Positions 53,505-62,309 of a stretch of DNA of 64,000 nucleotides are shown piece by piece. Origin of the DNA: Candidatus Anstonellales archaeon (GTDB taxonomy: Archaea; Micrarchaeota; Micrarchaeia; Anstonellales; J096); assembly GCA_038890615.1 (NCBI GenBank), contig JAWAFI010000002.1:1-64000 (forward strand). Direction: 5' to 3'. How positions within the stretch are numbered: position 1 is the first letter of the stretch; each line of letters starts with the position of its first letter. Both the position numbers and the translations under genes were made by a program. Under the pieces are notes generated by a model. That model was not told the origin of the DNA. It worked only from the letters and a program-made list of their open reading frames with translations, and made no database searches.

Positions 53505-54587
53505 ATGAGCGGAATAGAAGAAAAGATAAGGAAGATAGAAGAGGAGATGGCTAGGACCCAAAAGAACAAGGCAACAGAGCACCATCTGGGCAGGCTCAAG
53601 GCAAAAATAGCACAGCTTAAGGCAGAAGCAGAGCATAAGAAATCAATTGGGAAGAGCTCTTACGGTTATGGGTTGAAGAAAGAAGGGGATGCAACTGTCG
53701 TCCTCTTAGGGTTCCCAAATGCAGGCAAATCCTCAATACTTTCAAAGCTCACCAACGCAAAGTCAGAGATAGCAAACTACGAGTTTACAACATTGAGAGT
53801 AATACCTGGCATGATGGTTCACAAAGGCTTCCGCATCCAGATACTTGACATTCCAGGCATAATAACAGGAGCAAGCAAGGGGAAGGGAAGGGGCAAGGAG
53901 GTTCTAAGCATAGCCCGTTCTGCTGACCTCATTTTGATAGTAGTTCCTGCAGACAGGCCAGAGCAGTACCAGCTTATAGTTGAAGAGATGGAAAAAGCAG
54001 GCGTAGTGCTTAACAAGGAGCGCCCATATGTCCGCATAGAAAGGACTGCAACAGGTGGTGTGAAAGTGCTGGGCTCAACTGGCAAGATGAGCTACAATGA
54101 GATAACTGGCATCCTTTCTGCGTTTTCAATATTCAACGCCAATGTTGTGGTTGGTAGGGATGTTGACTCTGATGCTTTTATAGAAGCAATACTGCCGCGA
54201 ACGGTTTACAAAAAAGCCATAGTAGTGGAGAACAAGGTTGACATAGCAAAGCCAAGCCTGTCTTTTGCGTTGCCTATATCCTGTGCTACTGGCTACAACA
54301 TAGAGAAGCTAAAGGATTTCATAGTTGACAACCTAGGATTCATAAGGGTTTACACAAACCCAAAAGGAGGAAAGCCAGACCAAGAGCCAATAATATTGCC
54401 AAAGGGGGCAACTGTTGCTGATCTGTGCGCCAAAATATACCGCTGCATGGAAGCTGAATCCCGTGGAGCAATAGTGAATGGAAAAAGCGCCTCATTTCCA
54501 AACCAGATGGTTGGGCTTGACCATATGCTTGCTGATGGGGATGTTGTGAGGATTGTCAAGCATGCCGACAAAAAAAGAAATAGATGA
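53505..54587 (+). CDS. drg: DRG/OBG family GTPase with TGS domain
   Basis: TQKNKATEHHLGRLKAK, GFPNAGKS, YEFTT, DIPG, NKVD, C-terminal H.L.DGDVV. Confidence 0.95.
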   Translation: MSGIEEKIRKIEEEMARTQKNKATEHHLGRLKAKIAQLKAEAEHKKSIGKSSYGYGLKKEGDATVVLLGFPNAGKSSILSKLTNAKSEIANYEFTTLRVIPGMMVHKGFRIQILDIPGIITGASKGKGRGKEVLSIARSADLILIVVPADRPEQYQLIVEEMEKAGVVLNKERPYVRIERTATGGVKVLGSTGKMSYNEITGILSAFSIFNANVVVGRDVDSDAFIEAILPRTVYKKAIVVENKVDIAKPSLSFALPISCATGYNIEKLKDFIVDNLGFIRVYTNPKGGKPDQEPIILPKGATVADLCAKIYRCMEAESRGAIVNGKSASFPNQMVGLDHMLADGDVVRIVKHADKKRNR

Positions 54588-54828
54588 GATTATATCGTGG
54601 TGCGAGCAGAAGAAGAAGGAGAAAGGAATAGTGCCAATAATAGAGCGCAATACATTCAAAGACAAATATCCATGGGCATACCGCTACACCTTCATAGAAA
54701 TAGACAGGCCTTTTGAAGCTGCTTCCAAGAGCTCACTCGTCTATGATTCAGTTACTAAAAAGCTGTGGCATTTTTTGCTCGGCTCTTGGAGGCCAATAGA
54801 GCCTGAGGCAGACATAAAATTTTACTGA
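54562..54828 (+). CDS. hypothetical protein
   Basis: 88 aa from ATG 54562, overlaps GTPase stop; aromatic-rich. Confidence 0.6.
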   Translation: MPTKKEIDEIISWCEQKKKEKGIVPIIERNTFKDKYPWAYRYTFIEIDRPFEAASKSSLVYDSVTKKLWHFLLGSWRPIEPEADIKFY

Positions 54829-54901
54829 GCCACTTTTGACGCAAGGCGTAATATTTGCGCCTGAGCGAAAGCTATTTTAATAGCATTTACTAAATATCCC
54901 T

Positions 54902-55057
54902 ATGCCAAAAAAGAAGGACCTGGTTTACGAGCGGCTGTTCTCAAGCGTGCGCGATCTCTATATGTATGAGTCAGAGGAAAGCATGCCTAAGCTCCCAAAA
55001 GACATAGGCGACTTTAATAATATAATAAAAAGGGCTACGCTTCTTTACGAGAAATAG
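54902..55057 (+). CDS. small hypothetical protein (51 aa), absent from ORF track
   Basis: ATG 54902 MPKKKDLVYERLF...RATLLYEK TAG; TATA-like TTTTAATA about 25 nt upstream. Confidence 0.45.
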   Translation: MPKKKDLVYERLFSSVRDLYMYESEESMPKLPKDIGDFNNIIKRATLLYEK

Positions 55058-56612
55058 CTGCTTCAACAAACTTGACGAAGATAGGAGCTGGCCTCTCTAG
55101 CCTGCTGTTCAATTCTATATGGGCCTGCGTGGCAATCCCAAATGAGTGGGGCCATTCGATTATCTCAACAATGTCATCCTTGTACCTTCCGCTTATTATA
55201 AGCCCGGTGCTTTCAAGCTCTTTAACAAGCTCAGGGTTTACTTCGTACCTGTGCCTGTGCCTTTCAAAAACCTTTGTAGCCCCATATGCCTTATGTGCCA
55301 ATGTTCCTTCTTTTATCCTGCATTCATAGTCGCCCAATCTCATTGTCCCCCCAAGCTTCTCAATGTATTTCTGCTCTTCAAGCAGCTTTACCACTGGGTA
55401 CTTTGTCTCTGGGTCAAATTCAGTGCTGTTCGCCTTTTCCATTCCATTCACATTCCTGGCCCATTCGATAGCCATAAGTTGAAGCCCAAGGCAAAGCCCG
55501 AGGTAAGGCACCTTCCTTTCCCTTGCGTACCTTATTGCGCTTATTTTTCCCTCAATCCCCCTTGTGCCAAACCCTCCTGGGACGATTATCCCATCAACAT
55601 CATTGAGCTGGCTAAGGTCCTGCTCCAGCTCTTCTGCTTCTACCCATTTTACCTCAACTTCTGCGTTGTTTTCTGCTCCTGCGTGTATTAGCGCCTCCTT
55701 TACGCTTACATAAGCGTCCTTGACAGCAGTGTACTTACCTACGATTGCAACCTTAACTTGCTTCTTTGGCTTCTTTATCCTTTCAACCCTTGCATTCCAA
55801 TCTTTCAGCTTCACTTCCTTTATTTCGCAGCCCAGCTCTTCGCAAATAGCTGAGTAGAGATTTTGCTTTTGGAGCAAGGGAAGGAGCTCGTATACTGTTC
55901 CCACATCAGTATCGTCAAAAACATTGGTTTCTTTCACATTGCAAAACATCGCTATCTTTGCCCTTTCTGCCTTGCCAAGGGGCACTTTGGAGCGCACTAT
56001 TATTATGCTCGGCCTTATGCCCATGCTTAAAAGCATCCTATTTGCATGCTGGGTTGGCTTTGTCTTGAGCTCCCCTGTGACATTCTGAGGCGCATAGGTA
56101 AGCTGCACGAAAATAACTTTCTCTTCATTTGCAAGCTGCCTCATTGCCTCTATGAAATACCCGTTTTCCAAGTCCCCTGCAGTGCCCCCAACTTCAATTA
56201 CCACAATATCAGCACCTTTCTTTTTCCCTACTTCTTTTACCTTGCTTTTTATATGGTTTATCAAGTGGGGCACAAACTGTACATCTTCTCCTAAGAATTT
56301 GCCCTTTCTTTCCTTTTCTATTATTTCACTGAAAAGAAGGCCTCCTGTTATGCTGCTGTCTTTTGTCATATCCTCATTAAGGAACCTCTCGTAAGTGCCA
56401 AAATCCATATCAACCTCCCTTCCATCCCTGAGCACAAAAACCTCACCATGCCTGTAAGGATTCATAGTGCCACAATCTACATTCAAATATCCATCAAACT
56501 TAACCATGGCAACCTTAGCCCCACCTTCCTTGAGAAACCGACCTATGGAAGCAGCAACTGCCCCTTTTCCAAGACCAGACATTATAGTTCCTATTACAAC
56601 TACAAACTTCAT
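55035..56612 (-). CDS. pyrG: CTP synthase
   Basis: SGLGKG, YLNVDCGTMNP.RHGEV, KTKPTQ, PGGFG.RG, GLCLG, ERHRHRYE, QAHIE. Confidence 0.97.
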   Translation of the reverse strand: MKFVVVIGTIMSGLGKGAVAASIGRFLKEGGAKVAMVKFDGYLNVDCGTMNPYRHGEVFVLRDGREVDMDFGTYERFLNEDMTKDSSITGGLLFSEIIEKERKGKFLGEDVQFVPHLINHIKSKVKEVGKKKGADIVVIEVGGTAGDLENGYFIEAMRQLANEEKVIFVQLTYAPQNVTGELKTKPTQHANRMLLSMGIRPSIIIVRSKVPLGKAERAKIAMFCNVKETNVFDDTDVGTVYELLPLLQKQNLYSAICEELGCEIKEVKLKDWNARVERIKKPKKQVKVAIVGKYTAVKDAYVSVKEALIHAGAENNAEVEVKWVEAEELEQDLSQLNDVDGIIVPGGFGTRGIEGKISAIRYARERKVPYLGLCLGLQLMAIEWARNVNGMEKANSTEFDPETKYPVVKLLEEQKYIEKLGGTMRLGDYECRIKEGTLAHKAYGATKVFERHRHRYEVNPELVKELESTGLIISGRYKDDIVEIIEWPHSFGIATQAHIELNSRLERPAPIFVKFVEAAISRKEA

Positions 56613-56661
56613 AATACTCTAAAAAAGGAAGATTTTAAATACCAAATTGCTTTCCCTTTTG

Positions 56662-57486
56662 ATGATGAGCACGCTGAAGGCATGGGTTGCGCTTTTCAGA
56701 GCTGAGCATGCGCTTCTCATATGCATTGCAATAGCGTTTTCGCAGTATATCACCGGTGCTGCCCCAAACATTATTCACTACATAGCCCCCATACTTGCGC
56801 AATTCTCTGCGTTTGCCCTAAACGATTACCTTGATGCAGAGGCGGATAAGCTAAACAAGAGGAAAGACAGGCCAATAGTTTCAGGCCTAGTAACAAAGGA
56901 GCAGGCCCTTTATGCAGGGGTAGGCGCATTAGCCCTTTCTCTAGTGGCTGCGCTTTTCCTGCCTCTCATAGCCCTCTCAATAGTGCTTTTATTCAACGCG
57001 CTTTCGCTGTTATACAACTTGCGCCTTAAGGATTACCCTCTCGTGGGTGAATTTTACATTGCCTCTTCCATGGCAATACCATTCATATATGGGGCTTCTT
57101 TTGCGCAGGTAACAGTGCCTATAATAGTAATAACGATAACTGTTTTCTTCTTCGGCATTGGCAGGGAGATTATAAAGAAGGTAGAAGATATGGCTGGTGA
57201 CAAAAAGGCAAGAGGGGCTAGCACTCTCCCTATCTTAATAGGCGCAAAGGGGGCAGTAAAGGTTGCAATTGCCTTCCTTTCTGTGTCTTTTGCTCTTTTT
57301 GCCGTTGCTTTTTTCCTGTTCTTCATTCCTAACCCAGTTTCCCTGCTTTTCTTTGCTTTCATGGCCATCCTTCTCTTTTACTCAGTATACTCCGCAATTG
57401 CTAATGATTACAAAAAGGCACGCATGGTGAGCCTTGCTTCCATGTTCTTTGCGCTCATTGCGCTCTTTTTTGGAGCATTCCCCTGA
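56662..57486 (+). CDS. UbiA family prenyltransferase (DGGGP synthase-like)
   Basis: NDYLDAEADKLNK.KDRPIVSG, YN..LK, REIIKKVEDMAGD, TLP. Confidence 0.88.
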   Translation: MMSTLKAWVALFRAEHALLICIAIAFSQYITGAAPNIIHYIAPILAQFSAFALNDYLDAEADKLNKRKDRPIVSGLVTKEQALYAGVGALALSLVAALFLPLIALSIVLLFNALSLLYNLRLKDYPLVGEFYIASSMAIPFIYGASFAQVTVPIIVITITVFFFGIGREIIKKVEDMAGDKKARGASTLPILIGAKGAVKVAIAFLSVSFALFAVAFFLFFIPNPVSLLFFAFMAILLFYSVYSAIANDYKKARMVSLASMFFALIALFFGAFP

Positions 57487-59050
57487 TCTTTTCTATTTCT
57501 CCCCTATCTATCTTTCTGAACAGGTTGCCTATTCTTCCAATCTTGATTGCCTTTTGCCCTATTTCCTCCCATTCGCACTTGCCCCCAACCATCTCTGAGA
57601 TTTTCCTGCTGCTCTCAGGCAGGTAAGGGCTCAGCAGTGGGCCAAGCGCCTTCAGCCAGTTTGCGCAAGCTGTCAGTGTCCTATTCTTAACTTCGGCATT
57701 CTTCCATGGCTCCCTTTCATTAAGAAGGGCGTTGTACCTGCTGTTTTCGTTCACAATCCTGTCAAGCGCCTCCTTTATCCTAAACCTTTCCACCTCTGCA
57801 ACCACCTCCTCCTTGAGCTTGGCTACATCCTCCCTCATCCTCCTTTCCTCCTCACTCTCTTCATATTTAAACCCAAGTTTTTCTGCAAGCACTGAGACCC
57901 TTTTGGCGAAGTTGCCTATGTTGCCAACCAAGTCGTTGTTTATCCTATTGGCAAAATCATCCAAGTTAAAATCCGAGTCAGCAAGGCTGAAAGGGGTTAT
58001 TTGCGTCTCATAATACCTTAGATACTCTGCAGGGAAAACCTGCAGGAACTCATCTACTGTTATGTAGTGCTTCCTGCTCTTTGAGAATTTCCTGCCCTCA
58101 AGAGTAAGATGGCCCCTTACAGGTATTGCGCTCGGCAACTTTATGCCAATGTCCGCTGCCATTATCATTGCAGGCCAGAATAGGTAGTGGTGGTAAACTA
58201 TGTCCTTGCCTATAAAATGCACTATCCTGCCATTCCAGTACTCCTTCCATTTAGGGGTAAGAGCAACAGTGCTGCTTATATAACCGATTGGGGCGTCAAA
58301 CCAAACATAAAACACCTTTCCTTTCTCAGCAGGCACGCCCCAGTCCAAATCCCTGACTATGTCCCAGTCAACGAGCCCCTCCTTTATCCAATTGAGAACA
58401 TAGTTTTTAACCTCGTCCTGCATCTCTTTGTTTCCCTTTATCCATTCCTCCAGCTTAGGCCCAAACGCCTTCAGGTTGAAGAATGAGTGCTCTGACCTCT
58501 TTTTTGATGGCTTTTTCCTGCAGACAGAGCACTTTGGCTCCTTTATTTCACCTGGCCCTATTGTCCGTCCACAAGCTTCACAGCCATCGCTGTATTGGTC
58601 CTCTGCCCCGCAGTGGGGGCAAATGCCAATGACAAACCTGTCAGGAAGGAATCTATTGCAGGTTTCGCAGTAGTAAAGCTCTACCTCCTTGGTGTAAATA
58701 TAACCGCGCTCCTTTGCCCTTTGGAAAAAAAGCAAGGTCATCTCCTTGTTTTCCTTGCTTGAGGTCCTGTGGAATACGTCAAAATCTATAAGCAGCTTCC
58801 TGAATGTCTCCTTGTCCTTCTCGTGGTATTTCTTTACAAACTCCTCTGCGCTCACTCCTTCCTTTTCAGCCCCAGCCACTATAGGGGTGCCATGCTCGTC
58901 TGTTGCGCATACATATATTGCATCCTTTCCAAGTGCCTTCATGAACCTGGTATATATATCTGCTGGCAGGTAGGTGCTCCTTATGTGGCCTAAATGAAGC
59001 TCCCCGTTTGCATAAGGCAATGCAGCAGTAACTACTATCCTTTCTTCCAT
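57455..59050 (-). CDS. metG: methionyl-tRNA synthetase (no C-terminal tRNA-binding appendix)
   Basis: ALPYANG.LHLGH, DEHG, Zn knuckles, YVWFDA, KFSKS. Confidence 0.97.
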   Translation of the reverse strand: MEERIVVTAALPYANGELHLGHIRSTYLPADIYTRFMKALGKDAIYVCATDEHGTPIVAGAEKEGVSAEEFVKKYHEKDKETFRKLLIDFDVFHRTSSKENKEMTLLFFQRAKERGYIYTKEVELYYCETCNRFLPDRFVIGICPHCGAEDQYSDGCEACGRTIGPGEIKEPKCSVCRKKPSKKRSEHSFFNLKAFGPKLEEWIKGNKEMQDEVKNYVLNWIKEGLVDWDIVRDLDWGVPAEKGKVFYVWFDAPIGYISSTVALTPKWKEYWNGRIVHFIGKDIVYHHYLFWPAMIMAADIGIKLPSAIPVRGHLTLEGRKFSKSRKHYITVDEFLQVFPAEYLRYYETQITPFSLADSDFNLDDFANRINNDLVGNIGNFAKRVSVLAEKLGFKYEESEEERRMREDVAKLKEEVVAEVERFRIKEALDRIVNENSRYNALLNEREPWKNAEVKNRTLTACANWLKALGPLLSPYLPESSRKISEMVGGKCEWEEIGQKAIKIGRIGNLFRKIDRGEIEKIRGMLQKRAQ

Positions 59051-59087
59051 AGCCTTTCTTCAATGATAAACTTATTAAAAGATAAGG

Positions 59088-59849
59088 TTAAAGCTCCCTT
59101 TTTAAAAGCGAAGCAAGCTTTTTGTTGCAGTTGATTAGCCCTGTATAAATCTGAATCCCTACTGTAAGGTTTCTGAAGCGATTGCACTCCTTGCTTAGTT
59201 TTCTTCCGTATTCCCTTATCATTGCCCAGCTAAGCCCATAGTTGACCCTGTCAAGCAGGTCGAGCGCTGTTTTCCCATCCATGTTCCTAAGGAAGGGGTT
59301 TACTCCTGCTCTGAAAAGAAGGGTTTTTATTACATAATGGTTCTTTTCCCCAAGCACTGCATAGTGCAATGCTGTGTTTCCCTCCTTGCTTTTTATTCCA
59401 GCATCTGCCCCATAGTCCAACAGCAGGTTTAGAATATCATAGTCTCCAGAATAAGAAGCCTTCATGAGTGCTGTTTCCCCTTTTTGGTTCCTTGCATTTA
59501 CCTTTGCACCTAATTTCAGCAATAATTCCACTGCATAAAAGGCCCCTGTTTCAGAAGCCCTTATGAGTGCAGTGTTCCTTTCCTTGTCCCTCCAGTTCGG
59601 GTCTATTTCTGCCTCTAACATAATTTTCATAACTTCTACATCGTTTTTGCGTGCTGAATCTATGAAAATTTCAGCCAGCCTTTCCCTCCCTTCCTTCGTC
59701 TCTTTCATCTTCTTCATCTGCTCCACCAATTCCCTGTGCTTTGCCTCCTCATCCCTTTTCCCTTCAACAAGCCCATCCTTTTTTTCAAAACCCTTCTTAG
59801 CTGCCTTTTCCTCTTTTCCATTCTCCTTATTTTCAACCTTTTCAACCAT
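59088..59849 (-). CDS. ankyrin-repeat protein
   Basis: NTALIRAS, GETALMKAS, GNTALHYAV, GKTALD. Confidence 0.93.
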   Translation of the reverse strand: MVEKVENKENGKEEKAAKKGFEKKDGLVEGKRDEEAKHRELVEQMKKMKETKEGRERLAEIFIDSARKNDVEVMKIMLEAEIDPNWRDKERNTALIRASETGAFYAVELLLKLGAKVNARNQKGETALMKASYSGDYDILNLLLDYGADAGIKSKEGNTALHYAVLGEKNHYVIKTLLFRAGVNPFLRNMDGKTALDLLDRVNYGLSWAMIREYGRKLSKECNRFRNLTVGIQIYTGLINCNKKLASLLKREL

Positions 59850-59851
59850 CC

Positions 59852-60349
59852 CTATTCCTCCCCTTCAAGCACCCTTTTGGCTTTGTGGATGGCTTCTCCA
59901 GCTCTTCTGCTTTTCAACAGAGCCATAGCAGCCCAATACCTAACCTCTGGCTCAGGGTCATCGATGGCTTGCTTAAGCGCCTCCAATTCTTTGCTGCTTA
60001 GTATTTTCTCTCCCACTAAAGAAAGCGCCCATGCTGCCTTCTTCCTTACCTCTGTGCTCTTGTCGCCAAGCGCATCAGCAAGCAACCCGATGCATGATTC
60101 TATGCCAAGCCCCTTTGCTGCTGTTTTCCCAAGGCATTCTGCAGCTGCTTCCCTTACTCTCTCATCCTTGTCTTTCAGCCCTTCAGCAAAAACTTCTGCT
60201 GCCCCTTCCTTTCCTAGAAGGCCTTCCATAAGCTTTATTTTTTCTGATGTTCCTATTGTGCTGAGCATCCCTATCCTCTCATCTGCTATGGGCTCAATCC
60301 TTTCTTTCCTGCATTCTCTGCCTCCTTCTTTTTTGCACACCTTTTCCAT
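59852..60349 (-). CDS. HEAT/PBS-lyase repeat protein
   Basis: LKDKDERVREAAAECLG, LGDKSTEVRKKAAWAL, DDPEPEVRYWAAMAL. Confidence 0.85.
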   Translation of the reverse strand: MEKVCKKEGGRECRKERIEPIADERIGMLSTIGTSEKIKLMEGLLGKEGAAEVFAEGLKDKDERVREAAAECLGKTAAKGLGIESCIGLLADALGDKSTEVRKKAAWALSLVGEKILSSKELEALKQAIDDPEPEVRYWAAMALLKSRRAGEAIHKAKRVLEGEE

Positions 60350-60437
60350 GAAAAATGTACATTCTGCACCTTTATAATGATTGCCCTGCAAATAGAAAGC
60401 TTTTTAAATAGACCCACCACAATTACCATGTGAAAAG

Positions 60438-60471
60438 AATAGAGGGGATGCTTAGGCATTCTTTTTCTATT
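60438..60471 (+). promoter_or_regulatory. 5'-UTR hairpin upstream of RRM gene
   Basis: AATAGAGGGGATGC-TTAG-GCATTCTT(TT)TCTATT, 14 pairs including 3 G-U; between TATA (~60401) and GAGGT SD. Confidence 0.5.
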
Positions 60472-60488
60472 GGCAAGAGGTTGAAAAA

Positions 60489-60794
60489 ATGAGCAAGAAA
60501 CTGTATGTAGGAAACCTGCCCTTTAGCGTGACGCAGGACCAGCTTAAGGAGATGTTCTCTTCTTACGGCTCTGTGTCAGAGGCTATTGTTATATCAGACA
60601 GAATGTCTGGCAGGTCTAAAGGATTTGGTTTTGTAACCTTTGATGAAGATGCCGCAGCTGACAAAGCTATGGCAGAAATGAACGGGAAAGATGTAGAAGG
60701 CAGACAGATTAAGGTTACAGAAGCCAGGCCGCCTTCTCCAGGTGGAAGAGGCGGCTTTGGAAGGGGCCCAGGAAGAGGAAGAGACGAGTTCTAA
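60489..60794 (+). CDS. RRM RNA-binding protein with RGG tail
   Basis: RNP2 LYVGNL, RNP1 KGFGFVTF, GGRGGFGRG tail. Confidence 0.95.
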   Translation: MSKKLYVGNLPFSVTQDQLKEMFSSYGSVSEAIVISDRMSGRSKGFGFVTFDEDAAADKAMAEMNGKDVEGRQIKVTEARPPSPGGRGGFGRGPGRGRDEF

Positions 60795-60867
60795 GCCCTT
60801 TATAACCTGTCCTAACCTTTCCCATTTTTCCCAAAACATATTTAATGATTGCCTAATTTAGTGCTTT

Positions 60868-61779
60868 ATGGATGAAGAGGAGAAAGCTGATTATAGCAAG
60901 ATCAGCCGCAAGTTCAAAGAGGTGGCTGACTCAAACGCGCGCCTTGACTTAATAAAGGCAATAAAGCTTTATTCCCAAGGGAGCAAGGATGAGTCACTAA
61001 AACTCCTTAGCTCTATAATTGAGGAAGCGCCATCTATCGCAGCTTCAATGCTGTACTCCCCAAAAAGCGAGCTTGCTGATGAGTTTTCAAAGCTCCGCTT
61101 CTTTTCAATTTTCTTTGCAATGCTTAAATCAGTGAAGCGGTATGATGCAATTGTTGCCACAATCCTTTTTTCATTCAGGGACAAGAAGCACTATCCCATT
61201 GAGCTAGTAACTACCATCCTCCCTTTCATGCAGGACAAAGAATTCATAAGCGAATTCAGCTCCTCTTTAGAGGAGCATCCAAGGGAGCTTCTTCAGTTCT
61301 TGGTTGATTCTGAAGAGCAGGAGTTTGTCAAGCCGTTCAGGAAGTTCATAAAGGATTACATAGAGGAAAACTTTGGGGATGACCAGTACACGGCAATAAA
61401 GGCCATTTCTTTAATAAAGGATTCTGCCACTGAAAGGTTCCTTCTTGGCTATATAGATGATTGGGATGAAGAGGTACGCCGTCTTGTCCTGCTGTACTTT
61501 ATGAATTCGCAAAGCCATGAGATAGGCAGTGAATTTGTGAATGCCCTTATCTCTGAAAAGGACAGGCGCCTAAGGGCATTGCTAAAGCACATAATAATGA
61601 ACAACTTCTCTAGGCTAAAGGATCACATCATAAAGGAAATCAAGAAGAATAAGTTAGAAGCATCAAAGGACCTTCTTCATGTAGCCTTCATGATGATGGA
61701 TAAAAAGGAATTAAGTGAACTTGCAGATGAGCTAAGCGATGAAAAGCGAAACTATTTATTAAACAAGATGTACATTTGA
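60868..61779 (+). CDS. helical (HEAT-like) hypothetical protein
   Basis: IDDWDEEVRRLV, LISEKDRRLR; otherwise no motif. Confidence 0.65.
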   Translation: MDEEEKADYSKISRKFKEVADSNARLDLIKAIKLYSQGSKDESLKLLSSIIEEAPSIAASMLYSPKSELADEFSKLRFFSIFFAMLKSVKRYDAIVATILFSFRDKKHYPIELVTTILPFMQDKEFISEFSSSLEEHPRELLQFLVDSEEQEFVKPFRKFIKDYIEENFGDDQYTAIKAISLIKDSATERFLLGYIDDWDEEVRRLVLLYFMNSQSHEIGSEFVNALISEKDRRLRALLKHIIMNNFSRLKDHIIKEIKKNKLEASKDLLHVAFMMMDKKELSELADELSDEKRNYLLNKMYI

Positions 61780-61784
61780 TTGCC

Positions 61785-62309
61785 ATGACCAGCATAATAA
61801 GGATCCCACAAACCATGGTGGAACAGGCAAAGGAGGCATGTTCAGCCATAAAAGGGCTAGTTAAGGCAAAGCTTAGCGTGAGCGAGGACGGAACTGTTGA
61901 GATTGAAGGGGATGCTCTTGAGGAGCAGAGGGTCTGCCTTGTAATGAAAGCGATCGGAAGGGGGTTTGATAAGGAGGATGCACTTCTGCTCCTTGATGAT
62001 GAGTATGAATTAAGGGCAATAAACCTTAAGGATTATTTCAGCTCCCCTGGCCACTTCAAGCGCATAAAAGGAAGAGTCATAGGAAGGGGCGGGAGCATAA
62101 AGAAGAGCATAGAAAGCTCCACCTTCTCAAGGATAAGCGTATGGGGGAACCATATCTCAATAATAGCCCCTTACTACTCCCTTCCATATGCAGAAGAGGC
62201 AGTAGGAATGATTATAAGAGGGTCAAAGCATTCAACCCTTGGGAATTACCTTTCCAAGGCAAGGAAGGACCTCATTTACACCCAGCTAAAAGGTGAAAAG
62301 AATGTTTGA
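61785..62309 (+). CDS. KH-domain pre-rRNA processing protein (Dim2/Pno1)
   Basis: KAIGRGF..EDALLL, RIKGRVIGRGG, G.KH. Confidence 0.9.
   Translation: MTSIIRIPQTMVEQAKEACSAIKGLVKAKLSVSEDGTVEIEGDALEEQRVCLVMKAIGRGFDKEDALLLLDDEYELRAINLKDYFSSPGHFKRIKGRVIGRGGSIKKSIESSTFSRISVWGNHISIIAPYYSLPYAEEAVGMIIRGSKHSTLGNYLSKARKDLIYTQLKGEKNV

Noticed and set aside
53192..53599. Long overlapping N-terminal extensions of RpoL and the DRG GTPase given in the ORF track
   Set aside because: Recognisable proteins start at ATG 53443 (minus) and ATG 53505 (plus), leaving an ordinary divergent promoter
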